A stretch of 64,000 nt of DNA. Origin: Mesotaenium endlicherianum (lineage: Eukaryota). Both the position numbers and the translations under genes were made by a program. The DNA is taken from positions 124,001 to 188,000 of the forward strand of contig WELA01001079.1 in the NCBI GenBank assembly GCA_009602735.1, in the 5' to 3' direction. The notes under the pieces are model-generated. The model had not been told where the DNA came from. It did no database searches and worked only from the letters and a program-made list of their open reading frames with translations. Shown piece by piece: positions 33,560 through 46,114 of this stretch (its first letter is position 1; each line of letters begins with the position of its first letter).

Positions 33560-36500
33560 TGCAATGAATTAGTATATCGGTTGATATAACATTCATTTAA
33601 TTATCATAGTTAAATAAGTTCAGCCTGCTAAAGTTTAGCTTATGTTTAGTCTGCTGGACTTTATTAAATAATCAATTTAATGACTCAGCAGGGGGCAGCA
33701 AGCTGAAGTCAACTCAGGTCAGCTTGCTGTCACATTCTTTCTTAGCCAGCTGACTTCTGTACTCGGTAGCAGCAAACTGCCTAGATATGCATCTAAGTGT
33801 GGTGTGCTAGATGAATGGCCAATTGACATCCTTAGGATGGATGGCGATTCGGGATGATGGGAGATGGCGGTGGATTTGGTTAAACGAGGTCCTACCAACA
33901 TGGTTAACTTCCGGGTAGGCGATGCCATCGCACTGGCCGTTGAACAGTAAACTCATTCCATGTACACATGCTAGGTATTGCTCTCAAATTCAGCATTTGG
34001 AAACGAGGCCAACTCTCTTGTACTGCTTACGGAGGGAGATCTGAATCCAAAGCGAGAAGCCATTGATATGCAGTGTCTCCTCGCCTTGCTTATATGTGAA
34101 TTTACTGATTGCATGATTGATTCTAGTTTACTTCCATTTGCCTTACAAGTATAATCCACTTCTAGTGTGTTGTCTTTTGCTGTTTAATCAATTAATAGGA
34201 AATACCACAAAGATTACTTGCTGATATAAAGATTGTCATTAATGATTAATCGCCTTTTTAGTAAGTCGATTCATTTCAGTTGTATCAGAGAGGTTATCAC
34301 AGTCTTCTTTGTATGGTAAGGACAAGGTCTCAAATTAGCAACTCCCGAGACATGGAGAACCAGGATAACGAGAATGTCAAAAATCAGGCTGAAAGCCATG
34401 TAGCGGGATCACGTACCTATTCTGAAGCATTGGCAGATACTGCAACTAGAGAGGCTGCAGATGAGGCAGCTGCTATTGCTGCAGTCGCAGCACAGCAGGT
34501 TGAGGAGGAGAGAGCAAGATTAGAAGTTGAACGATTAGCAAAGGCCGCTGAAGATACAGAAAGGAGGGAAGGACAGCCAGCGGACGACCGCACTGTTGAA
34601 GAACTTATGGCATCAAGGGCCAATGTTCTAGATGCACCTCCTGCTGTACAACTCAATGTGCCTCTAGGTCAAATTTGTGACCGGCTGAATATGGCAGCAA
34701 TTACTGCTGCAGGAGCGAGAGGGACTGTTGAGGACACTACTCAGCAAGTGATGCCGCTGCTACTGCTGCATTTGCTAGACTCCCACCTTAGAATGTGGAT
34801 CTGTGAGCATTGTTCGTGCAAATGCAATCGCAAATGGCGAGCATGTATCAGTCCCAACAGGAGGAGAAAAGAATCATAATGTCTCTAATGCGAGATCGAG
34901 ACCAATTGGGTTCTCAAACCACGGGTGGTGGTGGCAGAGGGCCTAGTAAGCCTAAGCCGAACTCCCCAAAATTATGATCCTGAGGGTAACAAAAAGTATT
35001 ACCTGATCAAGTTTCTCGCTGATGTGGAGGAGTGGCTGGAGAACTACCCAGAACGGCAAGATCACGAGAAGGTCAGGCACACTGGTGCTCTACTGAAAGG
35101 CAGTGCAGCAGACTGGTGGCTGTACTGGAAAAGAGATCGTAAGGCTCAACAACTCGGCGACCCTACTTGGGTAGAGTTTGTCAAGAAACTGCATGAGAAG
35201 TTTGATGTGATCAATTAGCAGGAGAAAGCTATCTATGCGATGATCTCCTTGACACTGAAGTGGACCACTGCAGTTGCTGAGTTTTCTCAAAAGGTCCAGG
35301 AGAACATGATGAAGCAGCCAGACTTGCCAGAGCGGTATAGGATACCATACTTCAGGTATGGCTTGAAATTCGAAGTCTCTGGTCATTCTGCCCAAAAGAA
35401 GTATGAGAAACTAGCTGACTTGGGATCAGCAGCAGTTCAATCACAAGCGCCAGAGTAATGCATTGGTGTCTAAGGTCGACAAAAAGCCCCACGGTTCCTA
35501 CAATGCGATTGAAGGTGACCAGGCTGATGATGATTAGGGTGATGAATATGGGTATGAGTACAATGCTATACAGTCTAAAGGGAGAGGTGGTTTCACTCGA
35601 GGCGGCTATGGAAGAGGTAATGGTAGGACTAAGCCGAGACCAGCCTCAGCAAAATCGATTTGCTTCCATTGTCAGCAGTCAGGTCACTTCAGAGAGCAGT
35701 GTCCAGACAAGCACCTCCCAAAGGTCGAGAGAAAAGACCAGCCTTCAAAAGACAGCAACAGTCAGTAATCCAGTCTACTGACTGTGAGGATGCTAGAGAT
35801 AGTGAGTTGTCACTAGCTACCCTCGTAGCAGGTATTATGGGTCTTGCTGAACTGGATTCACTATGCATGCCTGACAACTAGATAAAGGAGACCATCAGCA
35901 ATCTAGATCTCCAGAGAGTGCACACTCCGGATGCTCTTGTTTCACCTGATGTCCAACATTTCTTTGCTAAGTTAGGAGAACAATGCAAAAGTGAGGAAAA
36001 GAGAGTCCCCCATATCCTACTGCACTGCATGATTACAGGTTGGAAGGTGAGGGCATTTGTTGACGGAGAGGCTTCACATACTTTCATCCATAAGGATTTA
36101 GTCAAATGGCTAGATATTCCTTGGGGATGCCTCAAGTATCTTGGGAGGAATTATAACCAAGCCTATTGAGGTCCAGTTAGGTTCTGGCATTGCAATTCTA
36201 ATTGAAACGCTTACATTTGAGGTACTCAACACTGGCTTCTTCGATCTCGAGCTAGGCAGGTCCTGGCTTAATAGACATCAAGCTGAACTGTGTTGGAGCA
36301 GAGGTACAGTTAAAGTGAGAGGAGCTAGTGATGGGCTGACTAACTTGGCACGTACAAGTGCTCTTCCTCTTGTCCTGTATGGATGGCAAATGAAGGAAAT
36401 GAAGAGGCTTCCAGGAGGATGCAAATTGCTGAATGCAATGGACTTCATCGACAGTTGGAACCAGAAGGAAGACAAGATGTTCTGTCTGCTGCTAAAAGAG

Positions 36501-37178
36501 GTACCTTGTCAACCTCAAGGAGTGGTTGACAAAAAGGTAAGTCCTCCGGAGCACCTTACTGCTACAAAAATTGTTGCTCAGTACACTGATGTTTTCAGTA
36601 TGCCTCCAGGACTACCTCCTATGAGGGAAGTGGATCATAGGATTGACTTACTACTTGGAAGTCAGCCACCCTAGCAACGCACTTATGGCTTGTCTTATGT
36701 GAAGAGCAAAGAGTTAGAAACACAGATTGCAGAACTTGAGGAAAATGGTTACATTTCCCCCAGTAAATCAAATTATGGTGCACCCATCCTCTCTGTTAAG
36801 AAAGAAAATAGGAGTAAGCAGATGTGTGTTGATTACAGAGCTCTTCACATAATTGCAAAAAGAACAAGTATTCTTCACCTCGAATCGTTAACTTGCTTGA
36901 TACCCTGTCGGGTGCAAAAGTGTTTAGTACGATGGAGTTCAAGAGTGCTTATCATCAAATCAGAATTGCTGAGGGGGATGAACATAAGACTGCGTTCCGC
37001 ACACGTTATGGACACTATGAGTTCAACGTGATGCCATTCGGACTGACTACTGCTCCTGCAACCTTCATGGGTGCTATGAATGACATTTTCAGACCTTACT
37101 TGGATAAGTTTGTGCAAGTCTTCCGGGATGATATTTTTATTTTCTCTAAGGATGAAGCTTAGCATGCTGAACACTTAA

Positions 37179-40100
37179 CACTAGGTATCCCATCGGACTA
37201 TATATGGTCTAGCTAACCCCCATTTTTCAGCGCTGACCTCTAGGGTGCTACAGTTGACCTTATGGTACAATCCATGGCTCAAACGAACCGTACAGTCTTG
37301 AACCTTAGGCGAAAAAGTGCAAAATGGTCTTCCGATCATTAACGACAAAGTTAGAGTCAAAAGAGAGAGGTTCAAAGTTCAGGTTCACAACGAAATTTCA
37401 AGTGAAAAGTCTGTCATACCCAAGGTCACAAAAAAGCTCTTAGAGCCATGGCTTCTTCTTTAAATGCGCCAAAAATTGTTGTGGGTGGTAAAGTACTCAT
37501 TCCCGCCACCTTCTGGGGAGATGCATGGGCGAAAAAGACATTTGGACAGTATTACATAGAGTTTTTCTTAGTCGAAATTGTGAGGAAAGAGGTTGTGAGG
37601 ACTAAAAAGGAGAACTCATGGCTCATAGAAGTGTTGTATGACAAAGAAAAGAAGCAATGGGAGGCATGGCAGGTCAGGCAGTACCTATCTACTGTGCCTG
37701 AAGAGTCCTGGTTTTATTTCGAGCCGCATGTAGTTTGTTTTGGCTCTGTTTCCTCAGGGGCCTCTTTACTTGCAAATTCTAGGGAGGGTGGCAGTCAAGG
37801 TCTAATTTCTTCCTCCCAAGACCCGAACGATGACTCCCTGCCAAGGTCTAATGATGCTGATGATGAGGAGGAGGAGGAGGAGGAGGAGGACAAGGATACT
37901 ATGAGGAAGAAGGGCAGGCCTGACACCGGAAAGGGTAAGCAGGTGCTGCTACCTGTTCCTATAGATAGAAATGAGAAAAGGGAGAGGAGGAGGAAGGCCA
38001 AACTAAGTCAGATAAGAGGAATAACAGCAGGTATAAAAAGGTTGCAGGTGTCAGTGATGAGGAGCTGCATTCCTCTGATGGTGAGCTGGAAGAAGAAGGA
38101 GATCCCCTGGAGGAGGAGCACCTTCGGGAAGGTTCAACTGAGGAGGAGTACAACTGGAGACCTCCAGGTCATGGTGAGAAGTATCCATGGAGGCAGCAGC
38201 CAGGTGGCTCTTCAACCTCTGGACTCAGAGGACTCAATCCTGACATTTTAAAAGTACACTCCCTTTGCTGTGTGATGCCTGTTCATAGGCATAGATTGGT
38301 TTGAACTGCTTGTCAATGAGACAAATCCACATGCAAACTTGAACAAGGCCAAAGATTGGAAGCCGGTTACTCTCACTGAGATGGTTGTTTGGCATGGCCT
38401 CTACCTTGCCATAGCCCTGAACCCTCTGCCTAGAATACCTTATTATTAGAGGTCTGATACAAGTGGACCTATCAGGTTTCCTTCCTTTGGAACCTTCATG
38501 TCCAGGAACAGGTGGCAGGAGATAAGAATATATTTTCACGTCAAGTCAAACTTGGGTAGGGAGTGCTTTCCTAAGACCTCTGGGACCTAAAGGCTGTGGC
38601 AGTGTCTGCCTATCATAGATAGGTTGAGGCACAAGTTCAAAGCCCACTACAATCCTGGGCATGACATAACAATAGACGAGAGGTTGATCCCCCTTAGAAA
38701 TGGAAGTTGCCCTGTGAGAGTGTACATGCCAAAGAAGCCACATAAGTTCGGTATAGAGTTGTTCGTGGCCTGTGATAGTACAAGTTACTACTGCTATGAC
38801 TTCACAGTGTTTGATAAAGAGCCTGGCGAGTCACAGGTTGTTACTGTTTTAGATTTGATTGAGGGTCTGCCAGAAAAACAGACTTACTCTTTTGTCCTGG
38901 ACAGAGGCTTCACATCGCCGACACTCTTGAAAGTCCTAGCTGAGAGAGGTCATGTAGCAACTGGCACGATTATGCCAAATAGAAAAGACATGCCTAAGAC
39001 CCCAGATGGTGAAAGAAGTGCCTTGGTATCGCCCATCCCAAGAGGTCAGAAAAAACCAACTCAGGGAGACTATATGGCTCTTGTGTGTGATTACCTGGGG
39101 CAGATTGCTATGGTCTGGCAAGACAAGATGCTAGTGCACTTTCTGTCCACAGCTGCTGGTCTTGAGGTGAATGAAGTTGAGAGGAGGCAAAGTGATGGGA
39201 GTTTGAAGACCATATGTGCTCCAGACATTGTGGTGCACTACAACAAACACAAAGATGCTGTCGATCAATTCGACAAACTCTGTCTGAGAGATAACTATTC
39301 TGTCGAGAGTGCTGCTGTCAGCTTCAAGTGGTGGCATAAACTATATTGGGTCTGTTTGATGCTGCCCTGGCCAATGCCTACATCCTGTACAACCTGGCCC
39401 ATCCTGAGAGTGATAGGTATCCCTTCATGTTAGATGTTGTCGCGGAGATGACAGACTTTTATGATCCACATGAGGGGAGGCGCTTTTGCTGGAGTGCGGG
39501 GCGGGCTGGAATGGACAGGTTCCTAGGGAGACACTTCCCTGAGCACGTTCCAAGAGCCTCTAGACCACGGTGTGTAGTGTGCAGGAGCAAGCTGTATGAC
39601 CTAGGCCATGAGAAGGTGAGGCCTAGCTATTGGTGCGCGACATGTGGAGTAGCGCTTTGCCCCGCGCCTTGCTTTGAGGAGTACCATACCAACAGGCACA
39701 TAGCACATGTAGATAGTGACCCCCACAGGCTGAGTAGCACTAACAAGTAGGACCCTAGAGCAAAGGACCTGCAACAAAAACATGTATGAAAGACATTGTG
39801 CTCCATAAACAGTTCAGCTTCATGTATGCAAAGCTGTTGATTCTGCAATATAATGCAATTATTAATTCATTTTTAATCGTTTTAATTCATTAGTTTGTAT
39901 ATGAATATTTTTTTGTGAGTAAAATAAGACCTTACTTTCAAGCTCCATTTTACAGATTACTATTTGCATGAGTAAAGAATAAAGTATGAATTATTAACTA
40001 TAATGCTTTGTTGCATGAGGCACGAAAAAGTACGAAAAATACTTGGACCCCATATGGTCCACTAAGTACAGAGTGTGCCTGCACAAAGCTACTGATTAGA

Positions 40101-40428
40101 ATGAAGCAAAATCTGTTTCATATGATAGGTAAGACACATGCCTACCTCAGATTAAATCAACCACTACTGGTTCAAATCCAAAGTCATAGAGTGTGAAGTC
40201 AAAGTTGGCCCTATTTGCTCGTTTCTTGTTATCGTACACACTTTGTACGGAAAGTACACCTTACCTTTCCCAAAATTGCGGGTCACATGGCCAATGCAAT
40301 ACCTTGTGATGTAAGGTCTCTAATGGTCATTCACACATAGTCATAGCTTCAGTGGTTATTTCAATATAGTGTGACTTAGGGGGTGCATTATTGGACCATA
40401 TATGGTCTTTTCCTTAGGAGACCTAGTG
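37179..40428 (+). mobile_element. piggyBac-like DNA transposon (3250 bp)
   Basis: TTAA TSD at 37175-37178 and 40429-40432. TIR CACTAGGT(A/C)TCC at both ends. Excision restores host RT AEHLKTVMDTL. Encodes a piggyBac-type transposase. Confidence 0.95.
37448..39750 (+). pseudogene. piggyBac transposase (DDE_Tnp_1_7-type with C-terminal cysteine-rich domain), frameshifted
   Basis: WKPVTLTEM, FMSRNRWQEI, ITIDE, YMPKKPHKFGI, VLDRGFTS, GTIMPNRK, WQDK, YNKHKDAVDQFD, KWWHKL, then CVVC...WCATCGVALCPAPCFEEYH. All three catalytic Asp are present, with several frameshifts and a stop. Confidence 0.93.
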
Positions 40429-41750
40429 TTAAAGACAGTCATGGACACTCTGAGAAGGAACCAGTTGTATGCTAAAATGAGCAAATGCGATTTCTCCAAA
40501 GAAAGTATTAAAACTCTAGGCCATGTTGTCAGCAGACAAGGCATCAATGTGGAACCTAAGAAGGTCCAGATCATAAGGTAATGGCCTATACCACAGTTCG
40601 TCACCAAAGTTAGATCCTTGCTTGGGTTGGCTAACTGCTATAGGAGATTTACTGAGAATTATTCTACAAAGGCCAGTAAAGTAACTGACCTTACCAAGAA
40701 AGACATAGGGTATGTGTGGGGGGAAGAGCAGCAGGCTGCCTTCCAGACCCTTAAAGATGCTCTTTGTTTTGCCCCAGTGCTAGCCGTGTATGACTCCAGC
40801 AAATATGTGCAGGTGGTTACTGGTGCCTCTGACTTTGCCATGGGTGCTATTTTGTTGCAGCCTATTGACAAAACCACAAAGGATGGTAAGATAAAGGAGG
40901 AATGGCATCCTGTGCTGTACGAGTCAATAAAAATTGAATCAGCTGAGATTAATTACTCGGTGCATGATGAAGAGCTGCTAGCAATCATTCATGTGCTCAA
41001 ACGGGGAGAGCATACTTACATGGTAAAGCTGTTAAAGTGATGTTAAGTCCTGTGACCAGTGCCAAGGAATAAGTCTAGGCACACACCACCGGGGGGCCTC
41101 TTACAACCGCTGCCCATCCTAGCTGGCCGCTGGGAAATAATATCCATGGACTGGGTGGTAACACTACCAAGAACTGCCAATGATTCGATACAAAAAGTGG
41201 TCATTTTCATCCCCACAACTGTCAAAGTAACTGCACTCAAAACAACGAGACATTTCTACAACCATGTCGTATGCCAACATGGGCTACCCTCTAATATCAT
41301 CTCAGACAGAGACTCAAAGTTTACCTCTAAGTTTCGGAGAGCTTTAATGGGGTTAATGGAAGTTAAGCAGCTGCTCAGCACAGCAAACCACCCTCAGACT
41401 GATGGGCAGACTGAAAGAACTAATCGACTTCTCCAAGAGGTACTGAGAGCCTATATTAACCAAAAACAAGATAATCGGGATGACCTGTTACCTCAAATCC
41501 AATTTGCGGTCAGCAGTGCGGTGTACGCGTCAACCGGCAAGACTCCTTTTCAATGAAGCCTGCGTAGAGTCCCTAAGTCTCCTTTAGATGCACTGGGGGA
41601 GTCTTTATTTCACCCCAAAGGGATTGACAATCCGGTGTCCCTCCGGTTAACACAGGAGTTTGCTGACACCCTGTCAGAAGTCCAATAGAACCTGCACAAA
41701 GCACAGGCAAACCAACAAAACTACGCTAATCAGCACCGCCGAGAATTGAC

Positions 41751-44323
41751 TTGCTTGATCGAATGAAGCCATGCTCCAGTATCTCCTTAATTTGCTTCTT
41801 GACTTCGTCTAGCTCCGTGTATGACATTTTGAACGTAGGCCGAGAGAAGGGCTTGCTTCCAGGCTCCAACTCTATCTTGTGGTCTACGAATCTCTTGGGG
41901 GGTAAGCCCTTGGGCAATTCCGGGGAGAGTACTTCTTTGTAGTCCTCTAAGACTTCTTGTATCTCCTTGCGAAGGGGGCTGCCTTCTTGACTCTTGGTGT
42001 CTTCATGATGTCTTTTGGCGTGATCAAGAAGCTCGTGTCTCTTCCTCACAAGTCTCTTGAGTTGGAAGGCGGATAATAGTATCTCGTGTGCCGGCTTCTT
42101 GATGTCTTGGGTCTGGATATTCTGGAATGCGCGTAAAACACAGATTCTTGAAGTGATGTCATTCTTGATCTTGATAGTACCGGTCCTCCAATCAACTTGG
42201 GGGTTGTGCTTGGTCAACCAAGGCGTCCCTAGGATGACGTCATACTTGCCCAATTGTATGGGGGAGAACATTACTCTATCCTTAAAGGACTTGATAGATA
42301 GTGACAAGGAGTACGTTTTCTTGGAAGAAGTAGTATAGGAGAACCCATCGGGCATTATAATTTCCTCGTCGTGGTCAAGAATTCGCATAGTAATACCGTG
42401 CTTGGTGGCAAAATCTGCAGCGATGATGTTGCCTTGGACTCCGCCATCCACTAAGATGTGGACCTTTCTCTCCTCCAAGGTAACCTCTCAAACTCATTGG
42501 GGCTGGAACGTCGTCTTCAACGGGGGTCTCCACCTCACTTGGCTTGTTTTCTTCTCGTGAAGTGGGTGTTGGGGTGGTAGGCTCCTGGCCTACCAGCGCT
42601 CTCCATTTTTTGACGACTATTTGGGGCATGAGAGTGCACAATGGCCCTTTTCCTTACACTAAAAGCATAGTCCAGCCGTCATGAGAGCTTCTTATTCAGC
42701 CGGGGAGAGTCTTGTTTTCACTCCTTGCTGGTTGCTTGCATCATAAGTGTCATTGGAGGGACTTCCACTCTTTCGGGCAGCCGCGGGGTCCCTTCTAGTA
42801 ACTCCAATTTCCATGCGTGTGGGTCCAGATTTGGATGTGGAAGGGGCTGCGTACACACGCGTCGCTGGTGCCCGTGAAGATGAGGGCACGGAGTGCTTGA
42901 AATCTAAGGTATCCACCTTTTGAGCCACTTCAATAATCTTTGAAAAGTTCATCAAGTCGCGAAATTCCACTTGTTTTGCCACCTTGGGCTTGAGGCCAGA
43001 CACATAACGATCAATATTCTCCTCGAGCGACATGTTGGGGATCTTAAGAGTGAGGTCATGAAATCTAGATGTATATTCTTGAGCGGACGTTGTTTGCTTG
43101 AGATGGCAAAGCTTTTCTCGAGCAATTTTCTCCGCATTGATGGGCATGAATTGCTTCTAGAGGGCTTCACGAAAATCCACCCATCTTGCATATGATGGTG
43201 GGGGCTCTTGGCTGGGTACGAGATGCGCCACAGCTTGATATACAGCCGCTTAATAGTTACGCCACCATGATGTCGCTGCTCCTCTGAGCAAGGGAACGGC
43301 AAAAGAGATGTAGTCCTCCTCCGGTACTTCAAGGAATGGGAGGTACGTCTCCACTTGGTAGAGCCACAGGTTCGGTTTGGCTCCTCTCTTAGGATTGACA
43401 GTGTCAGGTTTGCCGGGCTTGATGAGTTTCCTTGCTCTTGTAGGCTCTTGTGGAGGCGCTTGAGCCGGGGCTGGATTTTGAGCGTTGCTTGCAATAGGGG
43501 CAACCATGGCAGCCATAGCTTTTCTAGACGCTTGCACGGTTGCTTCATAGGTGGCCAAGCCCACTTGGTTGTGGACGGTCATTAGGAAGGCTGCCCACTC
43601 ATTTGCGGGAGCTCCTTGTGGTGGGGTCAATTTTGCTATAGCGGCTGCCACGGGATTTTATGGTGCTCCTCCATGTGGTGCTTCTTGTTGTTGGAGATTT
43701 TCTTCAGTGGGCTCTCACATCGGCGCTTGAGGAGGGTCTCTTGGAAAGGAAGGGCTTCCTTCGAAAGCTTGCTGTTGGTCTTGAGGATCGGCCATCTTCT
43801 TGTGCTACCTAAGTGCGTAGCTCCGATACCACTGTAGTGAAACAGATAGATAAAGTACGCAGTGAAATATATACTTAATATGTTCAAGAGAAGGATCTTT
43901 GAACACAAGTGGTAGCTTCTTGAAAGAGAGATGGCTTCTTGAAGGTTAACATATTTCTGGAATTTGGCAAGTACAAGAGTGATTCTCCCATGTCTAGCTC
44001 TTGTTTATATACTTGCTACATAATTAATGTCTAGGAAGGTGCATGTTGATGTGTTGGCACCCAGCACATCCCAAAACTTGCCACCTCTTTCTAGAATTAT
44101 GTACACATGTCCTTTTGACCTACAAATGGCACATTTGACTTTTGCCACATGGAGTTCTTCTAGGTCCTTCCTCTAACTTAAGAAATGCCTTAGAAGGATC
44201 AAAGGACATGAACTAAGTCACTAAAGTATCTATGTACGCGTGACTCCACAAAATACCACTCTAAATAAATTTAAAAGCATTAAAATATATGCATACTAAC
44301 ATATTATAACTCAAGTCACTACA
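41751..44323 (-). mobile_element. Ty3/Gypsy family C: 5' LTR, gag, protease, truncated at start of RT
   Basis: LTR 43833-44323 (TGTAGTGA...TCACTACA); PBS TGGTATCGGAGC 43820-43831. Gag pieces 43250-43651 and 42692-43147, zinc knuckle CF*CKEKGHCALSC, protease LVDGG...DVILGTPWL, then LPKGLPPKRFVDHKIEL...GFIRSSKS. Confidence 0.92.
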
Positions 44324-44949
44324 ACGACACACACTGAGACCTTCCCTTTCGCATGTGGTTCATAGTTCTAATATCAGCATGCATCTTCATTGCTTTGCTC
44401 TGCTTTGGTGTACTCTTCAGTATACGGGACTTTGGGCTCTATATGGCTTGCAAACTTCTGTACGATTTTGTAGTATTTGCCCTCCCTTGGCGTGAATATA
44501 TGTCCTTTGGGGGGATAATGTGCGTAATCTTAAAGAGAGTGCGCGCACTATGCTGTTATCCCGAGGTTCCAGTTTGTTGTCACACTTGTGATTGGAGGAT
44601 AGCTGTAAGGCCGGCAAGCAAGTTCCATTAGGAGAATATGATCTTAGGTCTAACTTACTTACAATGTAGCGCTCATGTCATTCATTGTTTGTTAATGGCA
44701 GTATTGAGACTTATTTGTCGTATCACAATTTCGCGTGTCGAGTGAAGTTGTCAATTTAATCAAAGCTTCTCTTCATCTCTACACAAGCTTTTATCCTACG
44801 CTGTATTTGCTTTAGCTTAGCCTTTTATATGAGTATGCATTAAAACTATCATCTCATATTAAATAATATTAGACACCCAAATTCCATGCAATGCTCACAA
44901 GTACTGCACAATATGAAGATGAGTAGGTATTTAAGAGATGCTATGCACT

Positions 44950-45060
44950 AGCAAGAGAGAGAAAAGAAAACAAGTGGACCACCCAAGCAAGCAAACAATA
45001 ATGCAGGTTGAGCGAGAGAGGAGAGAGCAACCCTTCAAATCAGCAGACAAGGCAAGCAAG

Positions 45061-45124
<64 letters not shown>

Positions 45125-45197
45125 NNNNNNNNNNNNNNNNNNNNNNNNNNNNNNNNNNNNNNNNNNNNNNNNNNNNNNNNNNNNNNNNNNNNNNNNN

Positions 45198-45246
<49 letters not shown>

Positions 45247-45737
45247 AGAGACGCGAGAAAATCAGCAGGCTGGGCAGGCAAGCAAGCAAGGGAGAGAGAG
45301 AGAGGAGAGATAGACGACCCCCAAACTAGCCAAGCAAGCAAGGAAGAGATATATGGAGGGAGAGAGGAGGGAGAGGGAGGGAGGGGAGAGAGAGAGAAAA
45401 GAGAGAGAGAGAAAGAGTCAGAGAGAAGAGAGGAAACCAACAAACCAGCCAAGCAAGAAAGCAAGAGGGAGATAGAAAGAGAGAGTGAGAGACAGAGTGG
45501 AGAGAGCGACGGCAGATCGACAGACCAGCAGACCAGCAACTCATCCAAGCAAGCAAGCGAGAGAGACATAGAGGGAGAGAGGAGAGAGAGAGAGGAGAGA
45601 GACGAAAGAGAAATAGAGAGGAGGTGTGAGAGAGGAGAGAAAACCAGCAGACCAGCCAAGCAAGCAAGCAAGAGGGAGATAGAGATGAGAGAGGCAAGAG
45701 ACTTGCAGACTTGCATATCAGCCAAGCAAGCAAGCAA

Positions 45738-45831
<94 letters not shown>

Positions 45832-45839
45832 NNNNNNNN

Positions 45840-45908
<69 letters not shown>

Positions 45909-45920
45909 GAGGGAGGGAGA
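44950..45920. repeat. (GA)n microsatellites plus degenerate GA/CAAG composite satellite; contains assembly gaps
   Basis: Pure (GA)n at about 45063-45243 and 45740-45912, with N runs at 45125-45197 and 45832-45839. Recurrent CCAGCAGACCAGCCAAGCAAGCAAG-like motifs lie between them. Confidence 0.95.
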
Positions 45921-46114
45921 CAACTTGTGGAGAATTTAAAAAAAATGTCGGAATTATGTACATCGGATTATGGATTATGGTATTATTACATCACATGGTT
46001 ATGAAAGTAATACTCAATGAATGACTATAAAATCCTACACTGTCAATGTATGATAGAAACTCATCTAAATGACCTCACATATGCGAGCACTTTAAATTGT
46101 GAAGTACAATGCTA

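Larger units (their letters stand above)
33560..41750 (+). mobile_element. Ty3/Gypsy family A, 5' LTR to integrase, 3'-truncated and decayed
   Basis: LTR 33560-34278; PBS TTGTATCAGAG at 34280. Gag with CFHCQQSGHFREQC, protease FVDGEAS, RT ([23 protein letters not shown]) split by the piggyBac, RNase H at 40618-41040. Internal deletion before the integrase core (SMDW, SDRD, HPQTDGQTER). Ends at YANQHRRELT, fused to a family C element. Confidence 0.92.

Noticed and set aside
37179..37186. Terminus begins CACTA, suggesting a CACTA/En-Spm element
   Set aside because: The TSD is TTAA rather than 3 bp, and the transposase has piggyBac motifs and a cysteine-rich domain.
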